Assembly (NCBI GenBank): GCA_025594325.1
Contig: JANHCV010000001.1
Location: 1,612,001 to 1,676,000 of the forward strand
Direction: 5' to 3'
DNA length: 64,000 bases
Source: Blastocladiella emersonii ATCC 22665
Taxonomy: Eukaryota > Fungi > Blastocladiomycota
Shown here: one piece after another, positions 19,129 to 30,407 of the stretch
Layout of the letters: each line of letters opens with the position of its first letter
Numbering within the stretch: the stretch's first letter is position 1
The notes under the pieces: generated by a model
Seen by the model: only the letters and a program-made list of their open reading frames with translations
Database searches by the model: none
What the model was told of the DNA's origin: nothing
Program-made: the position numbers and the translations under genes

Positions 19129-22100
19129 CTAGTACAGCGACTCGAGCCCGTAGCCGTCGTGCTTGAGCAGCTCGTCGAGGTACGGCGGCAGCGGCGCACC
19201 CACGACCGTGCGCAGAAACTCGGGGTCGGTAACGTTGAGCGCGCGGACCATGACGACGAGGTTGCGCGCCGCCGACAGACAGGTGCACTGCTGGTCCGTG
19301 GTGGTGGTGGTCGCGGTGGTCGCGGTGGTCGCGGTCGCGTGTCCGTGTCCGTGGCCCGCGACGACGAGCGCCGCCGCGCTCTCCTTGGTCTGCAGCCACG
19401 CGCGGTGAAGGCCGCGGGGCTCGTCGATGCCCGCCAGGACCGACTCGCGGAGCGCCTGCTGCGCGCGCTGCGAGACGACGCGCGCGAGCGAGCCGACCAC
19501 GTCCGCGCGCTGCGGAATGAACACGAGCTCGGGGTCCGTCGGGTCGGAGCCGGCGTGGGCGTGGGCGAGGGCGAGGGCCGCCTCGGCCGCCTCGGCCGTC
19601 GCCGTGATGCGCTGCAGGTGGGCCTTGGCCGCCTCGTCGAGGAGGATCACGAACGCGAACAGCATGACCTGCTGCTCCTTGAGCGGGCACGTTGCACACA
19701 GGTGCCCGAGATCGGCGCCGTACTTGGTCGCGCCCGCGGGCAGCGCCGGCTTTGGGAGCGCGCCGTGCAGCTGCTGCAGGTCGCCGTCGCCGCCGCCACC
19801 CACGTTGTTGTCGAGCGAGAGCGCGAACGCCTTGCTCGTGATACCCGAGATGAGGGCGGGCACCATGTCGGGGTGCGACCGGATGATCTCGAAGAACCGC
19901 GCGTCGACCGCGTTGTCGCCCTCGTCGCCTTCGCCGCAGATGCCGACAGGCGTGAGCCACGCGGCCTCGGGGCTCTCGACGATCATTTGGATCGCGCGGC
20001 GCTCGGCGTCGGTCGGCGAGCCGTCCTTCCACATGGCGGCCAGGACGGCCAGGATCTCGAGCGAGGACACGAGCGGGCGCGGTACCGACACGAACGCGAG
20101 CCCGCAGCGCACCAGCGACGTGGTCGGGTTGGCGCCCGCGAACTGGGCCGGGTCCGGCCGGTACTTGGAGATGAGGCTGAACGGGGCCAGTGTCGAGGAT
20201 GATGGTGGTGGTGATGCTGGCGCTGGTGCTCCTTGTCCTTGAGCGGCGCCGGCGACGGCGGGGGCGACGGCGGGGGCGGGGGCCGGCTGGTGGCGGCCCG
20301 CGAACCGTAGCACGCGCTGCGGCTTGTCGTTGATGATGGCGGAGGTACCAGTCGTGGCGGCACCGCGGGAGAAGGCGATCTCGAACGCTACACACACACG
20401 CGCGCGCGCATGTTAGATAGTGCGAAAACGAGCGTAAGCAAGTAGCAGAAAAGTACCCTTGGTTACGATCGCGGTGCGGCGGCGGACCGACTGCTGGTCG
20501 ACGGCCACCCGCCAGTACCGGTCGATAAAGTCGGACTCGCGTGCCGGCGACTCGAGCGCATCGACCAGCGCGCGACCCCACGCGGGCGCTCCGAGGAACT
20601 CCCACGCCGCGTCGTCAGGGAGCGCCAGGACGCGGAGCAGGTGGCGCGGGCTCGACGCGAGCGCGGTTTCGAGAGCGTCCCGATCGACCTTGCCGCCGTT
20701 GCCCAGGTCGTTGATCATGCGCAGCGTCGCGTCCGGGTGCCGCTCGAGGCAGTCGACGAGGACCTCGGGACCCCCGTGCTGCGCCGCGAGGACACCGACG
20801 AGCGAGAGACGGCGCGGTCCCTGCAGGTTTTCGGGGCGCCAGTCGTACGGGACGAGCATGGCCGTCATGTGCGCGGCGCGCTGCTGGAGCGGGCTGGTCT
20901 CGTCGCCGACCGCGCGCAGGATCGGCGCCGAGATGGCCGAGGTGAAGAGGAGGTGGGTAGTCGCGTCGGCGAGGTCGAGTCGGTGCTCGGCCAGGTGCGG
21001 CGGCAGGTCCTGGAGCGCCTTGACCGCCTCCGGGTTGACGGTCTCGGTGCTCATGGCGCCGAGCAGCTGGATGAGCGAGATCAGCTTGGGCAGGTGGCGC
21101 GGGTCGGCGTGGTGGCCGCCGCCGCCGTGCTTGCGCTTGCGGTCATGCTGCCGGAACGGGCCCGACGACGACTGCCACGGCAGGAGCATGGGCTCGAGGA
21201 GGAACGGCGCGGCCGACTGCACGGCGTCCACGAACGCCGGAAGTCGCGCCGAGAACTCGGGCAGCCGCGTACACGCGGCGAACAGCGTGAAAAACGCCGT
21301 GATGTCGGGGTGGGCGTCGAGAAGCGGGTGCAGCGCGACGAGGTGGCGGTTGCTGGGCTGGTTACGGCGGCCGAACATGTGGACGCGCGCCAGGGCCTCG
21401 ATGACGACGCGCAGCACCTGGGCCTTCACGGCCGGGTCGGCGTGGGCGGCCGCGATGACGGTCTGGACCGCGTCACGCTGCAGAAGGCGAAGGCCGGTCG
21501 TGTCGAGGACGAGGCCCAGGATGCGGCGCGCGTTCTCATCCTCGGGGATGCGGTTGGTGAGCATGGCCTCGATCAGCCCGGGCACCGTCATGTTGGCCGC
21601 GTCCAGGTAGCCGCCGCCACCGGCGCCAGCGCCCACGGCTTCTTGATGATCGAGCCCGAGCCCGAGCACGAGCTGCAGCACGGGGATCGGCTGCTGCTGC
21701 TGCTGCTGGTGGTGGTAGTGGTGGAAGGTCGTGCCGAGGTTGGCGAGGTCGATGGGGCCCACGCTTGGCGGCGGCGGCGGCGCGGGAGCCGCTGGTCCTT
21801 GGACATGAGCCGCCGCCGCCGTCGACGACGACGACGTGGAGGTGGAGGCGGTGGTGGTGATGCTCATCGACGCGGCCGCGGCCGCGGTACTTGAGGATGG
21901 CGACGACGACATGGGCGACGGCGACGAGGGGGAGGGGAGGTAGGAGGAGGGCGACACGTTGTCGTGGGTGCGAGCGCGCTTCCTCGCGGGCTTGTCCCCC
22001 ACGTCGCGGTTGAACGCGGCCGCCGAGGCGCGTGTCGCCGAGCTGGATCTCGCCGAACCGGATCTCGCCGATGCCGATGCCGATGCCGACGCCGCGGTGC

Positions 22101-22131
22101 CGGTGGGTGACGAGGCGCGCGAGGACCGCAT
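19129..22131 (-). CDS. Large hypothetical alpha-helical protein (~980 aa) with low-complexity N-terminus
   Basis: Two long ORFs joined in frame by a GT..AG intron 20456-20388, with coding-like codon bias. Probable 5'UTR intron ~22260-22172. No family recognised. Confidence 0.72.
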
Positions 22132-23880
22132 CGTCGTCGTCTCGATGGCGGTGAGGGGGTCGATGCTACGACTACACAATTGTGCGCGCGCCGAAGGTGA
22201 GTGAGCGATCCAGGCGTGCGTGTCTCGCGTCGGTGCGCGCGAGCAAGCGCAACGTGGTGGTACCGACCGACGACGTGTGTAGTGGTGTAGCGTTGGAGGT
22301 AGGTGGCTGTCGGGTGCGACGACGACGGCGACGAGGGTGGGAGGATGGTGCTGCTGCTGCTTCGACGATGATACAGCGGATCAAAGGCCGGTTACGGTGG
22401 TGTGTTGTTGAGGCGGGAGAGGGAGAGAATGGGCCGACTGGATACAGCTGGCTGGCCGTGGCTCGCAGCAGCGGGGAACGCGGGCGCACGGGGGCCAGGC
22501 CGGGCGGGTCGGGTGGGGTGTGGGCGGCCCAATATGTGATACTCGGATGCGTCCCAGCTTGGTTCCGGCACCACATTGCAACCAGTTCATTCGGGTGGGG
22601 TTCATTTTGTGCGTCATTCTTCCTCGCTGCGCCTGCACACGGGCCGCGATGCAACCCGCGCCTGGCGCGCACGCGCCTCGCTGACGAATTTCGCGCGACG
22701 ACGCGAGTGCACCCGCGCGCGGGCGAAATGTCTCGCAGGAGCAACGTCTCCGGCGCTCGCGTTGCGCCCAGTCGGTCACGGTGACGTGGCCGGCATCGGG
22801 GGAACCCGAGGCGAGACGAAAAACGCGTCGCCGACGCGTCGCGAAACACAGCGCACGTGAGCAAAAGGGCGAGAGACACGGCGTGCGTGCGCCTCACGTG
22901 AGGTGAGACGTTCCGAATCGAGCGCGTCGCGTCGCGTTTCGTTTCGTCGCGTCGCTTCGATCGCGGTGCAGCCAGCACCCAGCACCCAGCACCCACCCCT
23001 GCTTCTGGTGAGACTCGGACTACCCGCAACGGCACTGTCGATGATAAGCGGATGCAGTACCACCAATGATCGCCCTGTCGCGATCCGCGGACTCGAGCGG
23101 CGTCCCGTCGGGCACCTTGGACAGCTCTTGAGATACCTTACCGCGCACTCCGCACTCTCTGTTTGTCGATCGAGCGGACGGGGCCAGTTGCGCTCGGTAC
23201 TTGGTCCCGACGCTGCGACCAGCGAGCGGGTTGCCCGTCGCGTCGCGTCGCGTCGCGTCGCGGTGGCGAGCTCCGCGGCGCGGGACTCGGTCCCGCCACG
23301 CCTTTGGCACCACGAGATGACCCGCGTCCATCATTCATCCCCTCGCTCACTCACTCGCAGCAGCAGCAGCAGCAGCAGCGGGCTCTCCGACGCCGCCGCG
23401 ACCTTCTCAGTCGGGTCCCTCCAAGGCTTTCATGGACCCTGGTCGTCGCCGTTTGCGCGCGCCTTTGCCGATCCTCGCTTCCATTCCACTCCAGCGACCG
23501 ACGCGAGCGTCCAACTGCAAGCGGGTCATACGCTCGCTCTCGGGCTGCCTAGCTAGCTGCCTGCCTACAGCTCGCACACCTTCTTGAAAACAACGAGGGA
23601 CCTGGGCGGCGTGCGTGTCTCGCGCCGGGTCCTCGCGCTTTTACAGGGATTTCGCCCCGCGACGCACGGACGCGACGCGAAACGGACAAGCAAGCTTGTG
23701 ACGTCGAGCACCCGCAGGCCAGTACTAGTAGTAGTAGTAGATCGAAATCCAAGTCAAAATCAGTCGTGTGAGCGCTGCTGGACCTTCGCGACAGATCGAC
23801 TTGGTTGATCCTTTGGCGGCGGGCTTTGCAGAGGAAGGAAAAGGCGGGGAGACTCCGTCCGCCAGCCAGTATGCGCGCAA

Positions 23881-23881
<1 letters not shown>

Positions 23882-23932
<51 letters not shown>
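23882..23932. repeat. (ACT)17 microsatellite
   Basis: 17 perfect ACT units read directly. Confidence 0.95.
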
Positions 23933-23940
<8 letters not shown>

Positions 23941-26241
23941 ATCAATCAAACAAAAGGAACAAAAAAGAACTCAATGATCAGAATCAGGCGCCGGCGAAAC
24001 AAAAGTGAAGGGAAGCATCGATTGCGCGTAGTTTGGACGGAAGCCCGACCCGTGAGACTCGAACCGCCGCCCGAATAAAGTACTACGGTAGAGTAGTTCC
24101 CCGCCTTGGCCGCCTTAGACTAACGGACCACTTTCGGCAGTTACCCATGCGATGGAGTTTGCCTAAATAATGGCCGTGTCCCGGATGTACCGCGTGCCCC
24201 CCGCGCCCGTCGTTCTAAACGAGCAACACACGACGGCGACTCGCAGCAAGCATGGCCACATGCATAAACCAACCGCCCGCCCGCCCCGCCCCGCTAATCC
24301 ACCTGGGCGTAGTCCAGCATTTACCGCGCTCGACGTCGAGCGATAGACCACTGACTGACTGACTGGACTTGAAGCGGGACCAGGAAGCACGCCACGGCAA
24401 GTCGTCGAGCAGGGAACTGCTTCAAGTTTATCAATCGTTTCGTCTTTCATTTCTGAAGAGGCGCTAAAACAATCCAATGTCTCCCAAGGTCACCCGCCAC
24501 GCACACACGACCGGGCCGGGCCGAGGGAACAAACAGTCGACGCGTCGCGTCGCGTCGCGTCGCGTCGCGCCACTCAAGAAAAGTGATCTGATCCGATCGC
24601 TGATTTGATCGCAGATTCTCCCCCCACACCTCGTCGCCGCGCGTCGTCGCTTCTCCCACCCCCCCCCCCCCTCAAAGAACTCAAACAGCAAGTTCGTTTT
24701 ACCCATCAGCAGCGCGCGCAGCAAGAAGAAAGTTTTTCGGTTCTACCAGGCTTGAAAAATATGAAAGGGAGACGGAAGCACCGTTGCGCGTGGTGTGTGA
24801 GGAAGGCATCCTGAGGGAGCGAAAGCCCTCCTCCGTTTGGGCACCACATGCAGAATGGTCCCCTACCGTTATTGGTCCGACGCACGAAGAACTATGCGAC
24901 CTTGACCGAACGACCGTACCGGCGGTGTTCTTCTCTGTTGAACTTTCACACTTACCTTCGGGCGTGAGGAGAGTGTGGTTAGTGACACGGGGCGGACGGC
25001 CGTGCTATCGAGCGAACGTACGTATGCAAGAATGAACGAGAAGCCGCGGTGAACTGCTAAACTGGCCGAGTTGCAAGGTGTCCACGCTCCGATCAGTATG
25101 CCGCGTAGCGTGAGTGGGAAAGCAAACTACTACCACCTTGCTGAGTTGATTGTTTAACTGATTAGTATTATGTGCTCATGTCTCCCGGACTGGCTCGTTC
25201 GCCCCACTCGATGAGGTGGTGGGCGGTGGATGACTCGTCGCGCCACTTTAGCAGGGGCAACGGCGGCCGCTGCGCGCGCTCAAGGAGTTCGAGGTGACGA
25301 AGGAAAGTAAGGCGGACAGCTTGCTGTCAAGGTGGTGTACCGTGTGTGCGCAGATCACGCACGGTTTGATCCACAACGCCTGAATTGGGATGTTGAATTG
25401 GCTCCGACCCGCACGTCCGTCGCTCGTGCCAGTGCGCAACCTACTGGAGCGGGCGCCGTTCTGTGGAAGCATGTTCCGTTTATCGAGAGTTTGGAGCGGT
25501 GAGAGCCCGTTCACTAGGCACAACTCGTTCAAGGTCGGTCCGTTGAGCGATGTCCCGCTTGAGCAGACGGCCGCGGCAGATGTGGGAGCGATGCTGGCCG
25601 TAGTCGGTCACGTTGGGACTGAGAGCGGGTTACGCTCTCATTCAGGCGGGACATGAGAGTGGGTCGCGTCCAGTTCGACGCGTGCGTAAGGGTCACGCGT
25701 CGATGAACGGCGCGTCGGCGCGAGCAGCACAGCCTCAGCTCACGTGACACGACTTAGCTTCATAAATTCGAGATGCATCGGAAACATTTTTCTGAAGGCA
25801 GATTCGTGATCAGCGGTCTTCAGAGGTCCGGAATGTGCGAAAATCTCGAAGTCGAGGTGTCGGGGTACCGAGAACTCGTCCGACCGTGCAAAGATGAAAA
25901 AAACTTTCGGTTTGGTCGCTCAGACGAAAAACGCACTTAAGACTTAGCCTCTTGAATTCCAATGTGTTGTCGAATCGCCTGAAAACTGGGCAGAAGGTTT
26001 AATATGAATTCTAAGGCCTTCCTACATTTTCAGAATAATTATGCCATTTAATCTGACGCTTAGGGCCACGGCGTGAGTTAGCTTCAGTAATCGGGCCCCC
26101 CCTTTGCCCACCGCCCAAGCAAAGCGCCACGCCACACACACGCCTCCGCCGCCGCGGCCTCCCGCGCTCCCGCTCCCGTTGATCCCTCTGCAGCGCTAAC
26201 CCGACGCTTTGAACGGAGTCCACACCACCTGCAACGTAACC

Positions 26242-27840
26242 ATGTCATCGAAATACGACAAGCTGCCCGATATCGTATGGCGCGCGCGCCCGCTGGTCGC
26301 CCACCATCTCATCCCCAGCGACCAACACCAACCCAACCCTGGCACTCCCATTTCTAGGCCCGGGACCAGCCCGACGTCTACGAGACGCCCGACGTGTCCG
26401 CCCTCCCTGCAGCTGCCGTGGCCGAGGACTCGCACAACGCGGGACTCGACGCGCCCGGGGAGGACGACGACGCGGTGGCGGCGGGGGCAACGACGGGCCA
26501 CGGGCCCGCCGAGTTCAGCGACGGCGAGGACACGGACGGCGTCGTGGTCCGCACGCGGCTGTCGGTCCGCGCGGCCGCCGGCAAGTTTGCGAATGTCGGT
26601 GTTGACGCGTCGGGTGCCGGTACGCTCGCTGCGCGATGATTGATTGCATTTGGGGTGGCGTGAAGCTAAGCTCACACCTTTCCTCCGGCCACTTGTAGAT
26701 TTCTCGGGCGCCATCGGCTCACGCACCGCCATGTTCCGCACCTACAACCGCGCCGCGTACGAGGCGCTGGCTCGGTCCTCGCGGGCCGCGCACGAGTCGC
26801 CCGCGCAGAAGCTCGCGCGGCTGCGCGAGGAGATGAAGCAGCTCGAGACCGAGCTCTCGAGCGGCGGCGTTAATGGCGGGCGGATCAACCCGGCCGCAAC
26901 GGCGTCGGGCTCGTCGTCCGAAAAGTACGCCGACGCGTTCACGCAGCTATCGTCCATGGCCAAGGACCTCGACGAGCTGCAGGCGCGCGCGGGCGGGGCG
27001 GCCCCTCCGACGCCCGCCGGCGAGGGCGTGACGGCGTCGCGGCTGCTCGACCATCTCAAGAGCTACCGCGAGACGACGGCCCCCGGGAGCATGTCCCCGC
27101 CGCTGTACGGGCGGAGCAACCTGTCGTCGAGCAACCTGCACGGCGACGACCCGACGTCTCCGACGACCGCCACCGCGGCTGCTGCCGCCGCGGCGAACCA
27201 GGTCACGTACGAGGTGTACTACACGCCCGAGACGTCGGCGCTGGTGCGCAGCAGCAAGCTGGCGGACATGGATGCGCGGGTGCACGCGCTCGAGAAGGTG
27301 GTCGGGCACACGGTGGAGCCCGACCTGGTCCCGCTCGACCCGCTCGTGACGCTGGTCGCGCGGCTCGACCGCCACCTCGACGCCCTCGCCAACCCGCGCC
27401 AGCTCGACGCACTCACGCGCCACCTGCGCGCGCTCAACGAGCAGATGGCTATGGCCCAGGCGCAGCACCACGCGGGCGCGTCGCGCGCTAGCCCCGGTGC
27501 AGCTGGAGCCGTCGTCCCCGCCGACCTCGCGGACAAGGTCGACGCGCTGTACGCGCTCGTCGACAAGGTTGACCCGCTGGTCCCCGTAGTCCATCGCGTG
27601 CTCGACCGCATGCAGGCGCTGCACGCGCTGCACGCGGACGCGGCGACGTTTGCCGCGACGCTGCGCCGCGTGGCGGCCGACCAGGGCCGCGTCGACCGCG
27701 CGGTGCGCGACCTGACGGACGCCGTGGCCCGGCTCGACCGCGCCATGGTCGATAACGCGACGACGGTCCAGGGCAACGTCATCTCGCTCGAGGAGCGCGT
27801 GGCCGCGCTCGCGGCGCGGATTGACCGGCTCACCGAGTAA
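26242..27840 (+). CDS. DCTN2: Dynactin subunit 2 (dynamitin, p50)
   Basis: MSSKYDKLPDI|ARDQPDVYETPD, DFSG, ESPAQKLARLREEM.QLE, EVYY.PE, LEKVVG, and C-terminal VQGNVISLEERV. Introns 26275-26357, 26620-26698. Confidence 0.92.
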
Positions 27841-28187
27841 AGAACGCATAGGAGGGCGGGAGGTGTAGCATACGGTCGTGTTATATACTGGTGGAAGGGA
27901 AACGAATTTTACGCAAACACTGCAGGCCAGGGGAGAGGGCGCAGACGGCAACAACAGCAAAACGGGGGGGAACCGCGAGCGGGATGGACGACGCGGCCAC
28001 AAACCAGAGCGACAAGGGGGGGGGGGGGAATAGCGATAGCCAAAAGGGAGGGAAACGGATAAGTCAAGATGCGGGAGGGAGGGAAGGACAAGCAACGGGT
28101 GATGGTGGTGGATGAGGTAGAAGATCAGCGTGCGGATACTCCAAAAAGGGAACGGGAACGAGGACGAGAAGACCACGCGCAATCGTC

Positions 28188-30407
28188 TTAGTGCACACGG
28201 ATCCCGTTGTCGCGGTTGTGCGAGAACGCCGCCGCCGCCGCAGCCGCCGCCGCCGCGTGGGCCTGGGCGACCGACGCCTGGTGGTGGTAGTAGGCCGCAA
28301 CGGCGGCCGACGGCGGCGGGCCGTGCATGGGCTGGCCCGGGTGCGCGTGCGGGTGCGGCGGGGGCGGCATCATGCGCATGCCGTACGGCGACGTGAGCGG
28401 CCCGGCGCGCGCGAGCGGGTGGTGCGGGTACGCCGCCATGTGCGAGTACGCGTGCGGGTGCAGGTGCGCCGCCGGGTGCAGGTGCGACATGGGGTGCGGC
28501 GGCAGCGCCATCATCGGGTGCGGCGCGGGCGGCAGCGGGCCGACCGACGGCGTGGGCGCCGGCGTCGCCGAGGCCGTGGACGGCGCCGAGGTCGCAGGGC
28601 CCGTGCTCGAGGACGCCGAGTCGGACTTGGCCTTGGACTTGCTCGACGACGCGGACGCAGCGGCCGCAGCGGCGGCGGCAGCAGCAGCAGCCGCGGGCTC
28701 GACCGAGGCGGCGCGCTCGGGGGTCTGGCTGCGCTTGAGCTTGGCGAGCGTGGACGCCGTGACCTCGGCGAGCGCCGTCTCGACGTCGATGCCCTTGAGC
28801 ATTGCGAGCTCGCGGGTCAGGTCCTCGACCTTGGACCGCAGCTCGTCGGCCGTGGCGACGGCGACGCGGCGCTGCTGGCGCTCCGAGGCGAGGTCCGACT
28901 TGAGGGCGGCGACCTGCTCCTCGAGCATCTCGAGGTACATTTTGCGGCGCTGGCGGAAGTTGCGGGCCGAGATCTTGTTGCGCAGCTGGCGGCGCTCCTT
29001 GGCCGTGAGCCCGGCGGCCGTGTCGTCGAGGACAAAGGGCTCCGTGTTGAGGTGCTTGGCGGGCCACAGCGCGGCGCGGGCCTCGGCGACGCGCGCGTCC
29101 ATGTGGTGGTCGTGGCGGCGGCCCGCGGCCATGGGGACCGTGGGCACGGCGCCGGCGCTGGCCTTGGCTCGGCCAGCCGTCGAGCGCGCGGGCGGTGGCG
29201 GGCGCGGAGCGGTGGGGGCGGCGCCGACCACGTCCATGGAGTGGTGCGAGTCGCGGTCGTCGTCGTGCTCGTCGTCGTCCTCCTCGTCGTGGTCGTAGTC
29301 CTCGTTCGGGTTGAGGGGCTGGCGGTGGAAGAGGAGGTCGGGGCAGAGCGCCGCCGCCTCGTTGGGCAGCGGGGCGGGCGTGGAGCGCGAGGTGAGGCGG
29401 CGCTTGACCGTCAGGTTCTCGGTGGGGTTGACGGCGAGCGGGGGCGGTGGTGGGGGCGACGGGGTCGGCAGGGTCGCGCGCGGGCTCCAGGGATCGGCAG
29501 CACCGGCGATCGGTCCCCGCGGTGCGGGCTCCTTGCGCGCGGAGGCGGCGGCCGACTGGAGACCGCTGGCAGTGGCGAGGGTGGCGGGAGCGGCCGTGGA
29601 CTGGAAGGCGGCGTTGGGCCAGCCGGCAGCCGCAGCGGCGGTGGCGGTGGAGGAGGACGAGGTGTCGCGGGTATCCCACGTGGGCGGGTACGGCGGCGGG
29701 GTGGTGTCGAGCGAGCGCGCGGCGAACGAGCGCAGGGCCGACTGGTGCTGCTGCTGCATAGCGAGCGGCAGATCAGCGCCGTGCGAGGCCGACGAGGACG
29801 CCGCTGCCGAGAAAAAGGCGGTGGGCGGCACGGCGTGGGGCGGGCTGACGGGCGAGGCGGCGGTGGCGGGCGAGACGGGGGTCAGGCCGAGGTGGAAGGG
29901 CTGCATGGGCGGTGCCGAGCTCGAGGGCGGCGGGGTGCAGCCGGCGTTGGGCGGCGAGCCGTGGGCAAAGGGGTGGAGGATCGGAGTAGGGGAGCCGAGG
30001 GGCAGCTGATTTGCGGGTGCCGACGTCGTGGTGGTGGCGGTGACCCCGACAGGCGCCGGGGACGAGAGGCCGAACAGGACGTCGAGGTCAAAGTCGACGG
30101 GCTCGGCGGCGGGGGCGGCGGCAGACGGCGACGGGTCGACGTCCATGTTGTTGTTGTTGTTGAGGTTACTGTTGGAGGACGAAGACGACGAGATCGACGC
30201 CGTCGCGGCCGCGGCCGAGCGCGCCGTCAGGGCGGCAGCGAAGGCGGCCGACCTGGGCGTGGAGGAGGGCGCCGAGACGGCGAGATTGGCGGGGCTCAGG
30301 GCGGCGAAGGAGGCGGCGAGGTCGGCGTTGAACTCGAGCGGGCTCGGGCTCGGGCTCGAGCCGTCCGACTGGCCGGGGAAGTCGTCAAAGTTGAAGAAGT
30401 CGTCCAT
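28188..30407 (-). CDS. bZIP transcription factor
   Basis: Basic region KERRQLRNKISARNFRQRRKMYLEMLEEQV followed by a leucine zipper; the rest is low complexity. Start MDDFFNFDDF at 30407. Confidence 0.9.
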   Translation of the reverse strand: MDDFFNFDDFPGQSDGSSPSPSPLEFNADLAASFAALSPANLAVSAPSSTPRSAAFAAALTARSAAAATASISSSSSSNSNLNNNNNMDVDPSPSAAAPAAEPVDFDLDVLFGLSSPAPVGVTATTTTSAPANQLPLGSPTPILHPFAHGSPPNAGCTPPPSSSAPPMQPFHLGLTPVSPATAASPVSPPHAVPPTAFFSAAASSSASHGADLPLAMQQQHQSALRSFAARSLDTTPPPYPPTWDTRDTSSSSTATAAAAAGWPNAAFQSTAAPATLATASGLQSAAASARKEPAPRGPIAGAADPWSPRATLPTPSPPPPPPLAVNPTENLTVKRRLTSRSTPAPLPNEAAALCPDLLFHRQPLNPNEDYDHDEEDDDEHDDDRDSHHSMDVVGAAPTAPRPPPPARSTAGRAKASAGAVPTVPMAAGRRHDHHMDARVAEARAALWPAKHLNTEPFVLDDTAAGLTAKERRQLRNKISARNFRQRRKMYLEMLEEQVAALKSDLASERQQRRVAVATADELRSKVEDLTRELAMLKGIDVETALAEVTASTLAKLKRSQTPERAASVEPAAAAAAAAAAAAASASSSKSKAKSDSASSSTGPATSAPSTASATPAPTPSVGPLPPAPHPMMALPPHPMSHLHPAAHLHPHAYSHMAAYPHHPLARAGPLTSPYGMRMMPPPPHPHAHPGQPMHGPPPSAAVAAYYHHQASVAQAHAAAAAAAAAAFSHNRDNGIRVH

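Noticed and set aside
18303-19129. 825-bp convergent gap with (GAC)n tracts as a hidden gene or ncRNA
   Set aside because: Only short ORFs with non-ATG starts and no recognisable snRNA, SRP or RNase P motifs. Consistent with two long 3'UTRs.
22689-22728. Inverted E2F-like sites TTTCGCGC and GGGCGAAA (another TTTCGCGC at 44878)
   Set aside because: A few such 8-mers are expected by chance in 64 kb of CG-rich DNA, and there is no independent support.
24045-24129. Intact tRNA or tRNA-Sec
   Set aside because: No TCA anticodon, no canonical anticodon arm, and a defective T stem. Kept only as a degenerate element.
24947-25050. ACACTTACCTT resembling the U1 snRNA 5' end
   Set aside because: No downstream U1-70K loop (GATCACGAAG), U1A loop (ATTGCAC) or Sm site.
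28016-28028. G13 run (and C13 at 24659-24671) as functional G-quadruplexes
   Set aside because: Isolated homopolymers with no further evidence, and their lengths are error-prone in assemblies.
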